DNA of 64,000 nucleotides, taken from Octopus sinensis (taxonomy: Eukaryota). Location: contig NC_043020.1 of assembly GCF_006345805.1 (NCBI RefSeq), positions 17,732,001-17,796,000 on the forward strand. Direction: 5' to 3'. Every line of letters starts with the position of its first letter. The stretch's first letter is position 1. Below, in pieces: positions 49,315 to 62,151 of the stretch. The notes below the pieces were generated by a model that was not told where the DNA came from, ran no database searches, and worked only from the letters and a program-made list of their open reading frames with translations. A program made the translations under genes and the position numbers.

Positions 49315-50587
49315 TTCCATATGCCAACCACCACACAAAGTGGACTTGATGCTTTTTTACATGGCACCTGCACTGGCAGGGTCACCAAGTAACTCACAAG
49401 ACAAGGAATCTTTGAAAGGGGAAGGAGCATTGGAGGAAGGGTCTTGTGCCATATGGTAGCATTCTGTATTTCTCACAATTATTTGTATTTTATGTAGCTC
49501 TATATTATCCAGTGTATCTTCATTTTTGTTTAAGGTGGTATTTTTTATCTTTTACTTGTTTCAGTCATTTGACTGTGGCCATGCTGGGGCACCACCTTGA
49601 AGCGTTTTAGTTGAAGAAATTGACCTCAAAACTGTTTTTTAGGCCTTGTGCTTATTCTATCGGTATCTTTTGCCAAACCACGAATTTATGTAGACATAAA
49701 CACACCAACACCGGTTGTCAAGTGGTGGTGGGGGACAAGCAAAGACACACACACATATACAACAGGCTTCTTTCAGTTTCTTTCTGTCTACCAAATCCAC
49801 TCTCAAGGCTTTGATCAGTCCAAGGCTAAAATCAAAGGCACTTACCCAAGGTGCCAAACGGGGACTGAACCTGGAACCATGTGGTTGGGAAGCAAGATTC
49901 TTACCACACAGCCTCAGCTGTGCCTTTTCTTCTTTGGTAGGGTATAATTTGAGACAAATTTGACTGCTGCTTCTAATAGCCTGAGTGATTATGTATAGAC
50001 TCACACATTTCTTGAATTAGTAGCAGTAGCAGCAGCAGTTGTCATCCTCATTTTAACATCCACTTTTCTCATTCTTGCACAGCTCAAATGAAATTACTGA
50101 CCTGTTCCCAAACAAACTAATGTTTCCTTTAGCCCTTCAAACATGAAATGCACAGTGGTCAGAGATATTTTCCCAAAGGATTGCAAATAAATGACACCAC
50201 TTAAATGATGGTGATATTTGTTTACAACTAGTACGCGATATCAGAACAAGCACACACATACACACACACACACAACAGGCTTCCTTCAGCTTCTGTCTAC
50301 CAAACCCTTTCACAATGCTTTGGTCATTCCAGGTCTATAGTAGAAAACATTTGGCCAAGGTGTTGTACAATGGGGCCAAGCCTGAACACACGTTTACTCT
50401 GGGTTTTGTGCAGTGGGATTGAACCTGAAAGCACATGTCTGTAAAGCAAATATTTTAACCATCCAGCCATGACACCACCTTCATAGCTATACTATACAGT
50501 AGGGACATTTTAAAGTGTTTTGAAAGAATAGGTTTTAATTCTATAACACATCTATTATAATAAGGACATGTGATCTTCATTCTTTTC

Positions 50588-50759
50588 CTAATAAGTTAAG
50601 TTAAGTTAGTTAAGTTAATTTTTTGGCTCAAAAAGCAAAAAGCAAGGCCATGTAGGGGGACATGGAGTTATGTACAGGGTGGTGTTCATGCAAAGAGTTC
50701 AGGCCATTTCTGGTCAAGAGAGACTTTGAACCGAGCGGTCGTCGGCATCTTCACTAATA
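50588..50759 (-). mobile_element. CR1/L2-type LINE 3' end with (AACTT)n tail
   Basis: LVKMPTTARFKVSLDQKWPELFA* resembles the CR1/L2 C-terminus (FKxxLDxxW); short tandem tail aattaacttaactaacttaacttaac on the minus strand. Confidence 0.55.
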
Positions 50760-51000
50760 GTATCATATATATCAGATCAGATGTGAGGGTAGGAAGCATG
50801 CACTGTTGCAGTGTGTTGCTGCATTCACCATTTCTCGGTATATTTCTGGGTCCTCCCAGGTCACCCTTCAAGCAGAGTCCTAGTCAGTTCTCATCTTTGT
50901 GGTATACCTCCTCATACCATGTGGTATGTGGTCTGGTCAACCGACATGAGCCATCAACCCAGCTGGATCCTCAGTGAAGAGAACACAGTAAGCAGGATCT
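50760..51000 (-). mobile_element. RTE-type LINE 3' end fragment
   Basis: Translation RPHTTWYEEV and YREMVNAATHC resembles the RTE C-terminus; ends in ACATCTGATCTGAT. Confidence 0.5.
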
Positions 51001-51128
51001 AACTCAGAAAGGTGGCGAGCTGGCAGACATGTGAGCACGCCGAGTGAAATGCTTAGCAGTATTTCGTCTGCCGTTACGTTCTGAGTTCAAATTCCGCCGA
51101 GGTCAACTTTGCCTTTCATCCTTTCGAG

Positions 51129-51939
51129 GTCAATTAAATAAGTACCAGTTACGCACTGGGGTCGATGTAATCAACTTAATCCATTTGTCTGTCCTTGTGG
51201 GCAATAAAGAAATAAGGATCTCACTCAGAAAATCAAGCAACATGGCCAATTAGTTTGAGCTGTCACTCCCAAATCATACAAGGATGCATCCCAGATTCTG
51301 AGTAGAGTTGTTGGTTGGATTTCGTATCTAACTAATGCTAACCCATAATCTTGTGGTATATGTGTTAAGTAAGCTTTGTGTTTCTTTCAATTAATTTTAA
51401 ATATAACAAAGAATTTAGTAAAATAATTTAATTATCATTAAACTCGGGTTAAGAGCATAAATCATGACTAAAGTTTGGTGGAAGATTTTAATTCAAAACT
51501 TATGAGAACAAAGCATTTGTACTACAGAGCCAGAGGCGGTTTCAGCCGGGTTGGTATCGAAAGGGTTAAGTTTAAATGAATTTGAGAACTACAATATGTT
51601 TTCTACACTGAGCTTATCTAACTCTACCTATTGACTCTTTGTGTGTGTGTGTGTGTGTGTGTGCGCGTGTAAGTATATATGTAGGCACAGGCATAGTCAA
51701 TTAAATAAGTACCAGTTACGCACTGGGGTCGATGTAATCAACTTAATCCATTTGTCTGTCCTTGTGGGCAATAAAGAAATAAGGATCTCACTCAGAAAAT
51801 CAAGCAACACGGCCAATTAGTTTGAGCTGTCACTCCCAAATCATACGAGGATGCATCCCAGATTCTGAGTAGAATTGTTGGTTGGATTTCGTATCTAACT
51901 AACGCTAACCCATAATCTTGTGGTATATGTGTTAAGTAA
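51129..51939 (+). repeat. 244-bp direct duplication (51129-51372 and 51696-51939)
   Basis: Four substitutions counted by eye, three of them at CpG. Confidence 0.9.
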
Positions 51940-53639
51940 ACTAGAAATAGCTACCCCTAACTGGGTATTATTCTAACTGGTTCTAACTTCATTGCTGCTA
52001 TCTCATTCATCTATTTACCTTCTATTCAGGGAGCCCCCCAACTCCTAGTTGCTGAGAAAATAAATTCTGTAACCAACCTTTTCCCTTGTTTTCTTTTAAG
52101 GCAGCACAACATATTGTCTTCAAGATAAATGTCAGGAGATATTGCAAAGCCTTACCACTTTTTAACAAAACGACTTCTTGAAATTTACGTGTGTGTGCGA
52201 GAGAGAGAGAGAGAGTGTGAGAGAGAGAGAGAGAGAGAGAGAGTGTGTGTGAGTGAGTGTGTGCGAGAGAGAGAGTGTGTGTGTGTTCTGTGTTGTGTTC
52301 TGTATTGTGTGTAATAAAATTATAAAGAAATGGTTAAAAAATAACAAACTATGCTTCAAATAATGAAGTCAGTGAATATAAACAGACTATTAAAATTCTA
52401 TTTTGAAAATGTTAAATAATAAATTTCTTTTATACTCTAATATTCTTTTTCGTTGCTCTTATATACATTTTTTATAGATACATTTTTTTAATCTACATTT
52501 ACATGTGCACATTTGGGTGTGTATACCTCACACTTTCTCTGTGCCTTTGTATGTATGCATCTATCTATCTATGTCATTCTGCCATAATATTTATGAGTTT
52601 CCTTTGTGTGTTTGTGTGCATGTGTGTGTGTATGTGTGCATACATGTGTGTCTATATATATACACACACAAACACACGTGTGTGCACACACTTATATTCT
52701 TTCTTATTGACTCTTTTGTGAAAAGCATTTTTAAAAAAATATATATATAAGAAATTCTGTTTAAAAACAATAAAACACTAATTTACGATGTAACTTTTAT
52801 TTTTCTCTAAAATAATTTATGGTTGCTTCAGAGATATATTTCTCGATTTCCTCTATCTTATGTTTTCGAGTGAGAGACAGACACACAGACAGATAGAGAA
52901 AGAAAGAGAGAGAGAGAGAGAGAGTGTGTGTGTGACTGTAGATAGAGATGTGTGTACATACATATTCTATATATGTATGAATATAAAACTTAAGAGAAAA
53001 GAAAAGCTCTGTGTGTAAAGGCCTTTATATGCATGTAATGTATGTATATCTATATATGGATGTGTCTATACATGCATGTAAATATGTGTGTATGTATTTG
53101 TATATGTGTGCAATGCATGTATTTCTATATTTATATATGTGCATCTATATATGCATGCAAATATGTATGTACCTGTCTGTGTCTCTAAGCATGTACATAT
53201 ATATGCATTCTATGTACGAATATATACATGTGTGTGCATGCCCGCGCATGCGTGTCCAATGATGGCTTAACTGGTTGAAACTTTGAAGTCATTTTTGGTG
53301 AATTGACCACATGGTCCTGGGTTCAGTCCTACTGCATGGCACCTTAGGCAAGTGTCTTCTACAATAGTCTCAGGCTGACCAAATCCTTGTGAGTGGATTT
53401 GGTAGATGGAAACTGATAGAAGTCCATCGTATATATATATGTGTGTGTGTGTGTTTGTCTTCATCTTTGTGTTTATTTCTTGCCATTGCTTGAGAACCAG
53501 TGTTGGTGTATTTATGTCCCTGTAAATAGTATTCTACCAAAAGTATTGAGTAATTGTCCAGTTTAATGTAAAATTATTTTTATTATAACATAAAAACAAA
53601 CATCATATATATGTATAAACATATATATATATATATATG

Positions 53640-53850
53640 TGACCGCGTGTGTACCGTTGGCGATTTTTTTTTCCTCCGTCTTCCCTTCTCTGGATCTTTC
53701 CTTTTCCTATGTTTCTGACAAAGAGCTCCACTCGAAACGTTAAACCCTCCTTCTTCTCTTCCTTCCTGAGCGTCCAATAATACTATATTTGTTCCACGTC
53801 CTCGCATTGTTGTGTTTTCTCTTTGTGTTTTCATGTTTGGATTAACTATA
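53640..53850 (+). mobile_element. Solo PLE-type pseudo-LTR, second family (copy 2)
   Basis: Similar to 36935-37142 along its length; flanked by (AT)n. Confidence 0.65.
53711..53745 (+). ncRNA. Minimal type I hammerhead-ribozyme-like motif (type A, decayed)
   Basis: GTTT-CTGACAA-A-GAGC(TCC)ACTC-GAA-ACGT-T-AAAC; two G>A changes at CpG relative to the consensus with 37007. Confidence 0.55.
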
Positions 53851-53863
53851 TATATATATATAT

Positions 53864-53897
<34 letters not shown>

Positions 53898-54210
53898 AAA
53901 GTGAGTTTGGAGGGATATATTATCCAAGTGGATACTGTATTAGCTCTCGGTTAAGTTCTCGTTAACAGCTAATCACAACAATCAGTATCTAATGTCTGTG
54001 TCTACGTTTATATATCTTATCTTTTACTTGTTTCAACCATTAGACTGTGGCCATGCTAGGGCACCCCCTTGAAGAATTTTTAGTTAAAAGAATTGACCAC
54101 AATACTTTTTTTAAGCCTGGTACTTATTCTATCAGTTTATTTTGTCATGCCGCTAAGTTATAGGGATGTAAATATACAAACATCAGTTGTTGAGTAATGA
54201 CAAGGGACAA

Positions 54211-54251
<41 letters not shown>

Positions 54252-54275
54252 CAAGAATACAACAGGCTTCTTTCA

Positions 54276-54446
54276 TTATAAAATTACTATTTTTAAATCT
54301 CACAATGAGAGATATTCAGCAACAGTACTTTGGAATAAAGATTGTTTGCCAACAAAACATGGCAGTCCTGGTTTAGGACGAATGTTGCTGTAATTTAGCC
54401 CCAGGAGAAATCATATCCAGCTGGCTATACGACACGATCTGTGTCC
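54276..54446 (-). mobile_element. 171-bp insertion with 8-bp TSD inside a family-A SINE
   Basis: TSD TTCTTTCA at 54268-54275 and 54447-54454; family unassigned. Confidence 0.6.
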
Positions 54447-56854
54447 TTCTTTCAGTTTATGTCTTCCAAATCCACTCACAAATCTTTAGTCAGCCAGAGG
54501 CTATAGTAAAAGACACTTGCCCAAGATCCTAAGCTGTGGGACTGAACCCTGAACCATGTAGTTGGGAAGCAAGTTTCTTACCACATAGCCATGCTTGTGC
54601 TTAGCTGTTTATATTAATTTTTTAAATACACATTAGCATCCCACTAAATCATCCATAAATTTTTATGGTAAATACATATATGCAGACAGACAGAATTAGC
54701 TGAACATGTGCTGTTCAAGCAGTCCCCACTAATGAGATCTACAGAATAGATGAAACTAGACATCTAGTCTGAGGATTTTCGAGTCAGCATGGGGCAATTG
54801 GCTCCCCTGTCAACATATATGTGCTCTTCCTACAGCATTAAGAGTATTTTAACTTTTATTTCTAGCAATGTAGGTGCGTCAGCACCCTTAGTCACATTTA
54901 GTGATGATTGAATTTTTCCTTTCTGGTATCACATTGCCCGTAGCTGCTTATATTAATCTTATATATATATAAAACCATACCAAAACAAATGTTAATGCCT
55001 AGTACAGTCTTTTGGCTTGCTAGCTCTTGTCAAACCATCCAACCCATGCCTGTATGGAAAACAGATGTTAAGTTATGATGATGATGTAATATCTACATGG
55101 ATGCAAATAGTTAAGGAGTTGATTTCACAACCCTTATGTCCCAGGTTTTATCCCAATGCAGGACATCTTGAACAAATATCTTTTACTCTAACTTCCAGTT
55201 TAACCCAAGCTTTGTGAGTGAAATCTAGTTGTTGGAAACTGTTTTGAAGCCTAATTTGTAATTCATATATTCAGCCTTGTCACACTGTGTCAAGTGGATT
55301 CCTCCTGAGATTAAGTTACAGGTACAGTTATACTAGAAACATTCAGCCACTTCTGGTTTAATTCATTAAGAAGGCTGTCTACCCTGTTGCGTCAACATTC
55401 ATCAAAACTAAAAGAGGGCCATTTATTAATTTTTATTCTATGCATGTGGATTAGCAGAAGTGTTAATGCCGCTCCCCCTGCTGAAGGGGACTAGCCTGCA
55501 CAAACCCTGTACTAGTGAGCCTATGAAAAGCATCTATGCCAGCACCACATAATAGCATCAGTGCAGGTGCCACATAAAAAGCACCCAGAACACTCTCTAA
55601 AGTGGTTGGCATTAGGAAGGGATCCAGTCACCGAAGCCAAATCAGGCTGGAACATTTTGCAGCTCTCCTACTTGCCAACTCTGGTCGAACCATCCAACCC
55701 ATGCCAGCAAGGAAAATGGACATTGAATGATGATGATGATTTGGATGTAAGAGGGGTTCAGAGGTGGTTGTGGTGGACACAGCTTGGATGAATGCTTTGC
55801 CATCACAAAGCCTTAGGTTCAGTCCCACTGTGTGGCACCTTGAGAGGTGAACCTGTACCTTGTGGGTGAAATTGGGCGAGTGCTGTAGCTAAAGTGTATG
55901 CAGCGAATGTTATCCAAGGGAAAGGTAAAGGGGCCAATACAGCTTGGCACCAATGATGTTGCAACTCATTTCTGCAGCTGAGTGAACTGGAGCAATGTGA
56001 AATAAAGTGTCCCACTCTAATCCTTCCTCAGGGTCAATACTGCCTGTACAAGCTTATACAGCAAACCCAAAAGTGCTAACGCCTTAAAAGCGTTGCCTTA
56101 GGCAAACCAACCCTACCTCCACTATCACCACCACCACCACCACTGTGGAAATTGGGTTGGTGGAAACTGTACAGAATCACCAACTGGATGATAGATTGTA
56201 GTTGTGATTTAAAGGACCAGTCTTGTTGATTTGAGCTGAGAGTTACATTAAAAATGCATGCATCTCTGGAATACTCACCCAGCCTAGCTCAGGTGATAGA
56301 ACAACCGTATATGCCTTGTAGAAACTGACAAAGATCCATATACTTGTGTGTGTGTGTGTGCACGCGCGCGTGATATGTACATATTTGCGTGTGTGTGTGT
56401 GTTCATCTACTTATGGACCCACATATGAATAATTCACACATAAACTCAGGCATCGTACGTCCTGAGACAATGGAATTGATTAAAGCAAATCCACTCCTAA
56501 ATTACCAGCATTTACAGCACCATTACTGCAACAAACATTATAACACCAACAACAAGATTAACATTGTCGTCATCATCATCATCACAACACACACAATTAC
56601 TCCTTTTGTATACTATATATTTCTGCTATAATTTTATTGATAATGATGTGCTGACAAAAAGACATTAAAGTTAAAAATCCACTAAAATTTTTCAAACTGA
56701 CTTTAGTTTATGTTTGTATGTGTATCTGTGTGTGTGTGTATGTTATGTATAAAAATGTATGTATGTGTATATATGTATGTATCGTAGGTATGTATCAATC
56801 ATTTGTTGAATGATAATTAGGTTGTATCATAGGTTGTGATGGCCATATGGTGTT

Positions 56855-57308
56855 CTTTTATCCTTTTACTTGTTTCAGTCATTTGACTGTGGCCATGCTG
56901 GAGCATTGCCTTAAAGGGTTTTAGTCGAATATATTGACTCCAGAACTTATTCTTTCTAAGCCTAGTACTTATTCTATCGGTCTCTTCTGCCAAACTGCTA
57001 AGTTACAGGAACATAAACACACCAGTATCAATTGTCAAGCAGTGATGGTGAGGGAAACACAAAGACATACATAAATATATACATAGCGGTGCTCCAGCAT
57101 GGCCGCAGCCGCAGGGCTGAATCATATAAAAAGAATATATATAACAGGCTTCTTTCAGTTTCAATCTATCAAATCTGCTCACAAGGATTTGGTCAGCCCA
57201 AGGCTATAGTAGAAGACACTTGTCCAAGGTTCTAAGCAGTGGGACTGAACCCAGAGCTACGTGGTTGGGAAGCAAGCTTCTTTACCACTCAACTACACCT
57301 GCACCTAT
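56855..57308 (-). mobile_element. SINE family A carrying an opposite-strand LINE-tail insertion
   Basis: Standard halves with an extra about 50-nt segment at 57086-57135. Confidence 0.8.
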
Positions 57309-59037
57309 GGAGAATTTTTATTGATTAAATTTGGGGAAGTGCTAATTGCTAGAATTTATTCCTGCATGTAGTGTGTATTTTTAAGTGCATCATCTTCGGG
57401 TCATAGGTGTTCACAATAGAATGTAGTTAGATTCTTAGACAGAAGATCCCTCACTTTGTATGATTGTTGTTGGTTTTATTTACATATTAATGGGATATTT
57501 ACCTTTTGTTTTTAGAATGTAAAAGTTAAATTTTAGAATTCAGTCCAGTGTTTTGACCTTTGTATTTAGGTGTTACTTGATATGTCGGCTTTTAGGGGTC
57601 CACAAAAGAATGTAAGAATGTGGTAAGGATTAGTTAGTTGGCAGGTTGGTATTATTTACAGGTTTTTCACCTGTTTATGGGAGGTTTATTGGGAGGGTGT
57701 TGGTTATCCCTTAAATATGTTTTGAAATGCTTTTAACTGAGGAAGGTTTATGTAATGGATGCATTTCCTATTATATATTAGATAATATGCAAACTTGAAA
57801 CACACATATTAAATGATCTCAAAATATCCCTATTTGGTTTGAAAGGGTAGAAGGGCTCCTTAGCCGTAGTGAAGGCAATCTATCTAGGGAGATAACCTTA
57901 CAATAAATCACTGGGTCCGTAGCTTAGAAATACTGGGTTGACGTCCAGCAGGAACAGCTTTGTTTCATGGAGGAGGAAAGATCTTTAGTACTTGGTTGTA
58001 CAATGCTTTCCAATGTGTGTAGTAGTGGCGCGCGCACACATTATTAGCCATTTGAAAAGACTATGAATGTCTCGACCACGGTTGAACAATGATGATGATG
58101 ATGATGATTGATTTCATTATTACAACTTATACAACTCGATACCAGTACAAACTAACCGATCTAGACTCCATTTATGCAGATTCTCCAACAACAATTTGGA
58201 GTAGTTTGTTATATTTGACTCGAATAAACAAAATTCTGTTTGTGTGCACCATTTCTTAGCATAACATGAAATATACATGTGTGTGTGTATCTATATACGT
58301 ATGTGTATGTATGTATATATATGTGTATGTATATATATATGTATGTATGTATATATATATAGGACAAGGAAAAAAAAGTAAACATAAAGTTCAGTTTTGT
58401 ACACATATTCACACATACATTTCTTTATGTTTGCAACAAGTGCAATACACAACATGTCTTTTAATGTTTTTGAAGGGTAATGTTTTTTATATAATCTCCC
58501 CCCCCCCCTCACATATGAAAGAGTTTGTGTGTTAGAAATTATTTCTTAATTGATTTCTCAGCATATGTATGCACGATGGTTTATGGGTGAAAAACATTTC
58601 CTCTCAGTAAAATTAGATAAGGCTGTCTACTCCATCCTGACCAAATGGACAAACAACCTTCTCATTGAAAGAAGAAAGAAAGGATAAAGACAGAGAGAAA
58701 CAAACACCACTCCTACCACCACCACCAAACATAAAATCTAAAAGTGAAACATTTCAAGCTATAGATTAGTACAAAATGTTACATAGTGATAACAATATTA
58801 AACAGTGTTTTGGTGTGTAGTTACTATAATGTTGGTGGTTGTTAATGGAGGGCCTGTATTCTATTGGTTAGGATTTAGTCTGGGGCTGGGTCTGGTGTTC
58901 TATATTACATTGGGGATTGTCCTGTAATCCATTGGGCAATGTTGTGGTTGTAGCAATTTTTGCCCTATGTTCTATTGGCTTGTGGGGTCACCATTCAAAA
59001 TGTATTTGTGTACATGTGTGTCTGTGTGTGTCTAGAG

Positions 59038-59238
59038 CAGTGCTTTTCAAACTTTTTGCTGGAGCGGAACCCCAAGGAAGCATTCCACTGGCTCGAGGAA
59101 CCCCTGTGCAATAATTTAATAGTCTTATGCACACATATCTGCACAGGAGACTTTAAAATTACTGATGATTTTAGCAGTTTTGTAACTTCTTGCGGAACCC
59201 CTGCACTGTACTGGTGGAACCCTGGTTGAAAACCACTG
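59038..59238. mobile_element. hAT (Charlie-like) MITE with perfect 8-bp TSD
   Basis: TIR CAGTGCTTTTCAAAC / GTTGAAAACCACTG; TSD GTCTAGAG at 59030-59037 and 59239-59246. Confidence 0.85.
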
Positions 59239-59627
59239 GTCTAGAGAGAGAGTAAGCTTGATAGAACCCTTCAAACTCTAAGCTACATCCATGATAATGT
59301 ATAAATTTACTTATTTTATCAACCTTGGAAGGATTAAAGGATAAACTGCTCTCAAAATATAAAGCTGGAATTAAAAAGTACTAGGCAGGTTATTTGACAT
59401 TGGCAGTATCATTAGAGCATCAGGCAAAATGACTTGCAGTATTTATTTCAAATTCTAGCATTTCATGTTCAAATCTCACCTTGAACGACTTTGCTTGTTT
59501 CCTTCCAGATTCAACACAAAGTGTTCGGGATAAATTTGACAGTTTGCATAAAATGAAAAAAAAGACATCATATGCCATCCCAAAATAAAAGTATTTTTAA
59601 AAATTATAATACATATATACTGTCGTA

Positions 59628-59698
<71 letters not shown>

Positions 59699-59948
59699 AT
59701 GTGTTTGTGTGTCTGTGTTTGTCCCCCTAGCATTGTTTGACAACCGATGCTGGTGTGTTTGCGTCCCCGTCACTTAGCGGTTCAGCAAAAGAGACCAATA
59801 GAATAAGTACTGGGCTTACAAAGAATGAGTCCTGAGGTCGATTTGCTCGACTAAAGGCGGTGCTCCAGCATGGCCGCAGTCAAATGACTGAAACAAGTAA
59901 AAGAGAGAAAGAGAGATATCAACTAGATTATGGCTGGGAGATAACGGT

Positions 59949-60575
59949 TTACTCAAAGTAACCACCCTCAGCTTCCGCGATGGTTTTAAGTTGGTCCCAG
60001 AACCTGGCACATGCGTCCTTCCCTGTGTCCCTGGGAAGATCTTTAAACACTTTTTTGATCTTGGCCTCCAACTCAGCCTTGGTGTTGCAGGCAGAATAAT
60101 TACTAGTAATCCCATAGGATTACAATTAGAGGAATTAGAAGGCCAGAAATAGGGGCTGGTGAAGTATGGGATGGAGCAGTATGGGATGGAGCCAAATCCT
60201 GCTGCCACACATATGGCCTTTCAGTTCAAATGCACTGCAGCCAGGGTTTGACCACAGTCCCCACCGGCTTCACATAGCCGTCTGAATTGAGCCTTAGGCC
60301 CTCTTCAAAGATGTAGGGTGGCATGACGTCACCTTCACTGGAGAGACACCCGAAAACCATCACAATTTGGGGGCACTTAGTTTTTATGATAATTGAAATA
60401 CCACATGGATTGTTGTTCTGGGCAATGTGCATCTTGTCTAGGTAGGAGTTCTTTTCATCTGAAAAGAAACAGATTATCCTCAGCTCAACAGGATGCCTCA
60501 GTTTCTTTGTGTTTGTCAAGCGGTTTTCCTTGGCCTTGGTTGTCATTCAGGACCAGCTTCATCATGGTGTCTCAT
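59949..60575 (-). mobile_element. Decayed Tc1/mariner-superfamily transposase (maT/DD37D-like)
   Basis: Fragments FFSDEKN, VMVFGCLSSEGDVMPP, RPYVWQQDLAPSHT, FWPSNSSNCNPM (decayed WPPNSPDLNP) and C-terminal KAELEAKIKKVF...AEAEGGYFE* (stop 59949-59951), broken by frameshifts and deletions. Confidence 0.85.
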
Positions 60576-61773
60576 ATATATATATATCAATAATAACAAA
60601 GGGTAAAATTAATTAATTAAGAAGTAATCAGTAATTTCACCAAGTAGAATTCGGCATGAAAAAGACCATTTCATGGTAAGCTTAAGTAATACTTTATAAT
60701 TAGGGTTCAGCAAAGATTTGCTTCACCACATACCGAAGTTTAGAAATAGCAGTCAAAAAATCTTAGCTATTCCTTCTACTTTAAAAGGGGCTCCCAGAAA
60801 AACCAAAGTACTTGAAAACAATCCATGCAGGCAAAAGGGAACAATAACGAAAATCAATCGATATTAGGTGATAGGCTGCTTTCAGTTTCCATCTACCAAA
60901 TCCACTCACAAGGCCTTGATCAGCCTCAGGCTATAGTAGAAGACACTTGCCCAAGGCACCACACAGTGGGACTGAACCAGGAGCCATGTGTTTGGGAAGC
61001 AAGTTTTTTGGTGGGGGCTTTGTTCAAAAATAAACATTTTTCTAGCAAGTTTTGTATCATAGAACCAGTGTCAAGCTGGTTAGTATTAAAGTGTTGAAAA
61101 TATCTGGCCCACAATGAGCCACAGATTGGACAGATAGCTTCTTTCTTATTGTAAACCAAATTTCTTGTAAAGCGATATATTCATTTCATTTCATCCTTGC
61201 GTCATTCTCCCCTCCATCACTCAACCCTCCCATCACCCACCCCTCCATCAGTCGTCTCTCTATCACTCATCTCTCCATCTCTCATCTCTTGGAATGTTTG
61301 CACAGACTTACTGACTTTAGGAAGTAGTCTTACTCAGTCATGAGTTGATTTCCACCATATAATTATATACATAGGTGCAGGAGTGGCTGTGTGGTAAGTA
61401 GCTTGCTTATGCACCACATGGTTCCAGGTTCAGTCCTACTGCATGGCAACTTCGGCAAGTGTCTTCTACTATAGCCTTGGGCTGACCAAAGCCTTGTGAG
61501 TGGATTTGGTAAATGGAAACTGAAAGAAGCCCGTCGTATATATGTATATATATGTATATATATGTAACTGTGTGTGTATATGTTTGGAGTTATAGTAAAA
61601 AACACACTTCCCTGTGGGAATGAACCCAAGTAAATTTCTTAACCAACACAGCACCTGTACCCAGATTTTGAAAATAATCTTGATCTAGGTTATGTTTAAT
61701 AAGGGTTTTTCTCCAATAAAGATCAAAATTTTACTTTGTTTAATTTGCTTGAATTCTTGAATTATGTTTTATT

Positions 61774-61814
61774 TGCTCATTAATTTTCCTTTTTTCTTTC
61801 TCTTTCTTCTTCAG
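61774..61814 (+). promoter_or_regulatory. Splice acceptor (branch point, polypyrimidine tract, CAG) upstream of the large ORF; putative exon start 61815
   Basis: tgCTCAT branch-like motif, then ttttccttttttctttctctttcttcttCAG ending at 61814. Weaker alternative AGs lie at about 61967, 61986 and 62142. Confidence 0.65.
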
Positions 61815-62151
61815 AAATCTATTACTATCTGAAGTGGTTCAACATCCATAACTACCAATTTCTTATAAGCGCTACTACCTTCAAGACTATTACAGTTGTC
61901 AACAAGGAATATTCCATCTTTCTATGTATCAGAAATTTTCCCGAGGATGCTGATTTCTTTGCCACAGTTGTTTCCTAATCTTTCAGTATTCTTTTAATTA
62001 TACTGCCCAATTCTCACTCACTGAAGAATATGCTCAGTATATTGATATATGAGGCAGAATACCGGCATTATGCATTAAAAAGGTTGTTTTCTAATTTGAA
62101 AGACATTCACCGATAACATTGGCACATGTTGTACGCTACAGAAGCGACAAC

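Noticed and set aside
57330-58015. Possible ancient retroelement ORF on the minus strand
   Set aside because: The composition is strand-skewed and there are faint PLE-like words, but stops occur in all frames and I can identify no motif with confidence.
58860-58980. Cluster of ATTGG (reverse CCAAT) motifs as a promoter
   Set aside because: Short motifs are expected by chance, and there is no other promoter evidence.
60704-60729. Fourth hammerhead-like motif on the minus strand (GTGGTGA-AGCAAA/TTTGCT-GAAC)
   Set aside because: Stem II pairs, but the core has several mismatches and stems I and III were not convincing.
21-61654. The roughly 170 short ORFs in the supplied track as host genes
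   Set aside because: Almost all are microsatellite translations (YIYI, CVCV, HTHT, poly-H/L/G) or read through SINEs and MITEs, often from non-ATG starts. Only 25068..25628, 60226..60546 and fragments at 30.6-31.5 kb have recognisable transposon protein similarity.
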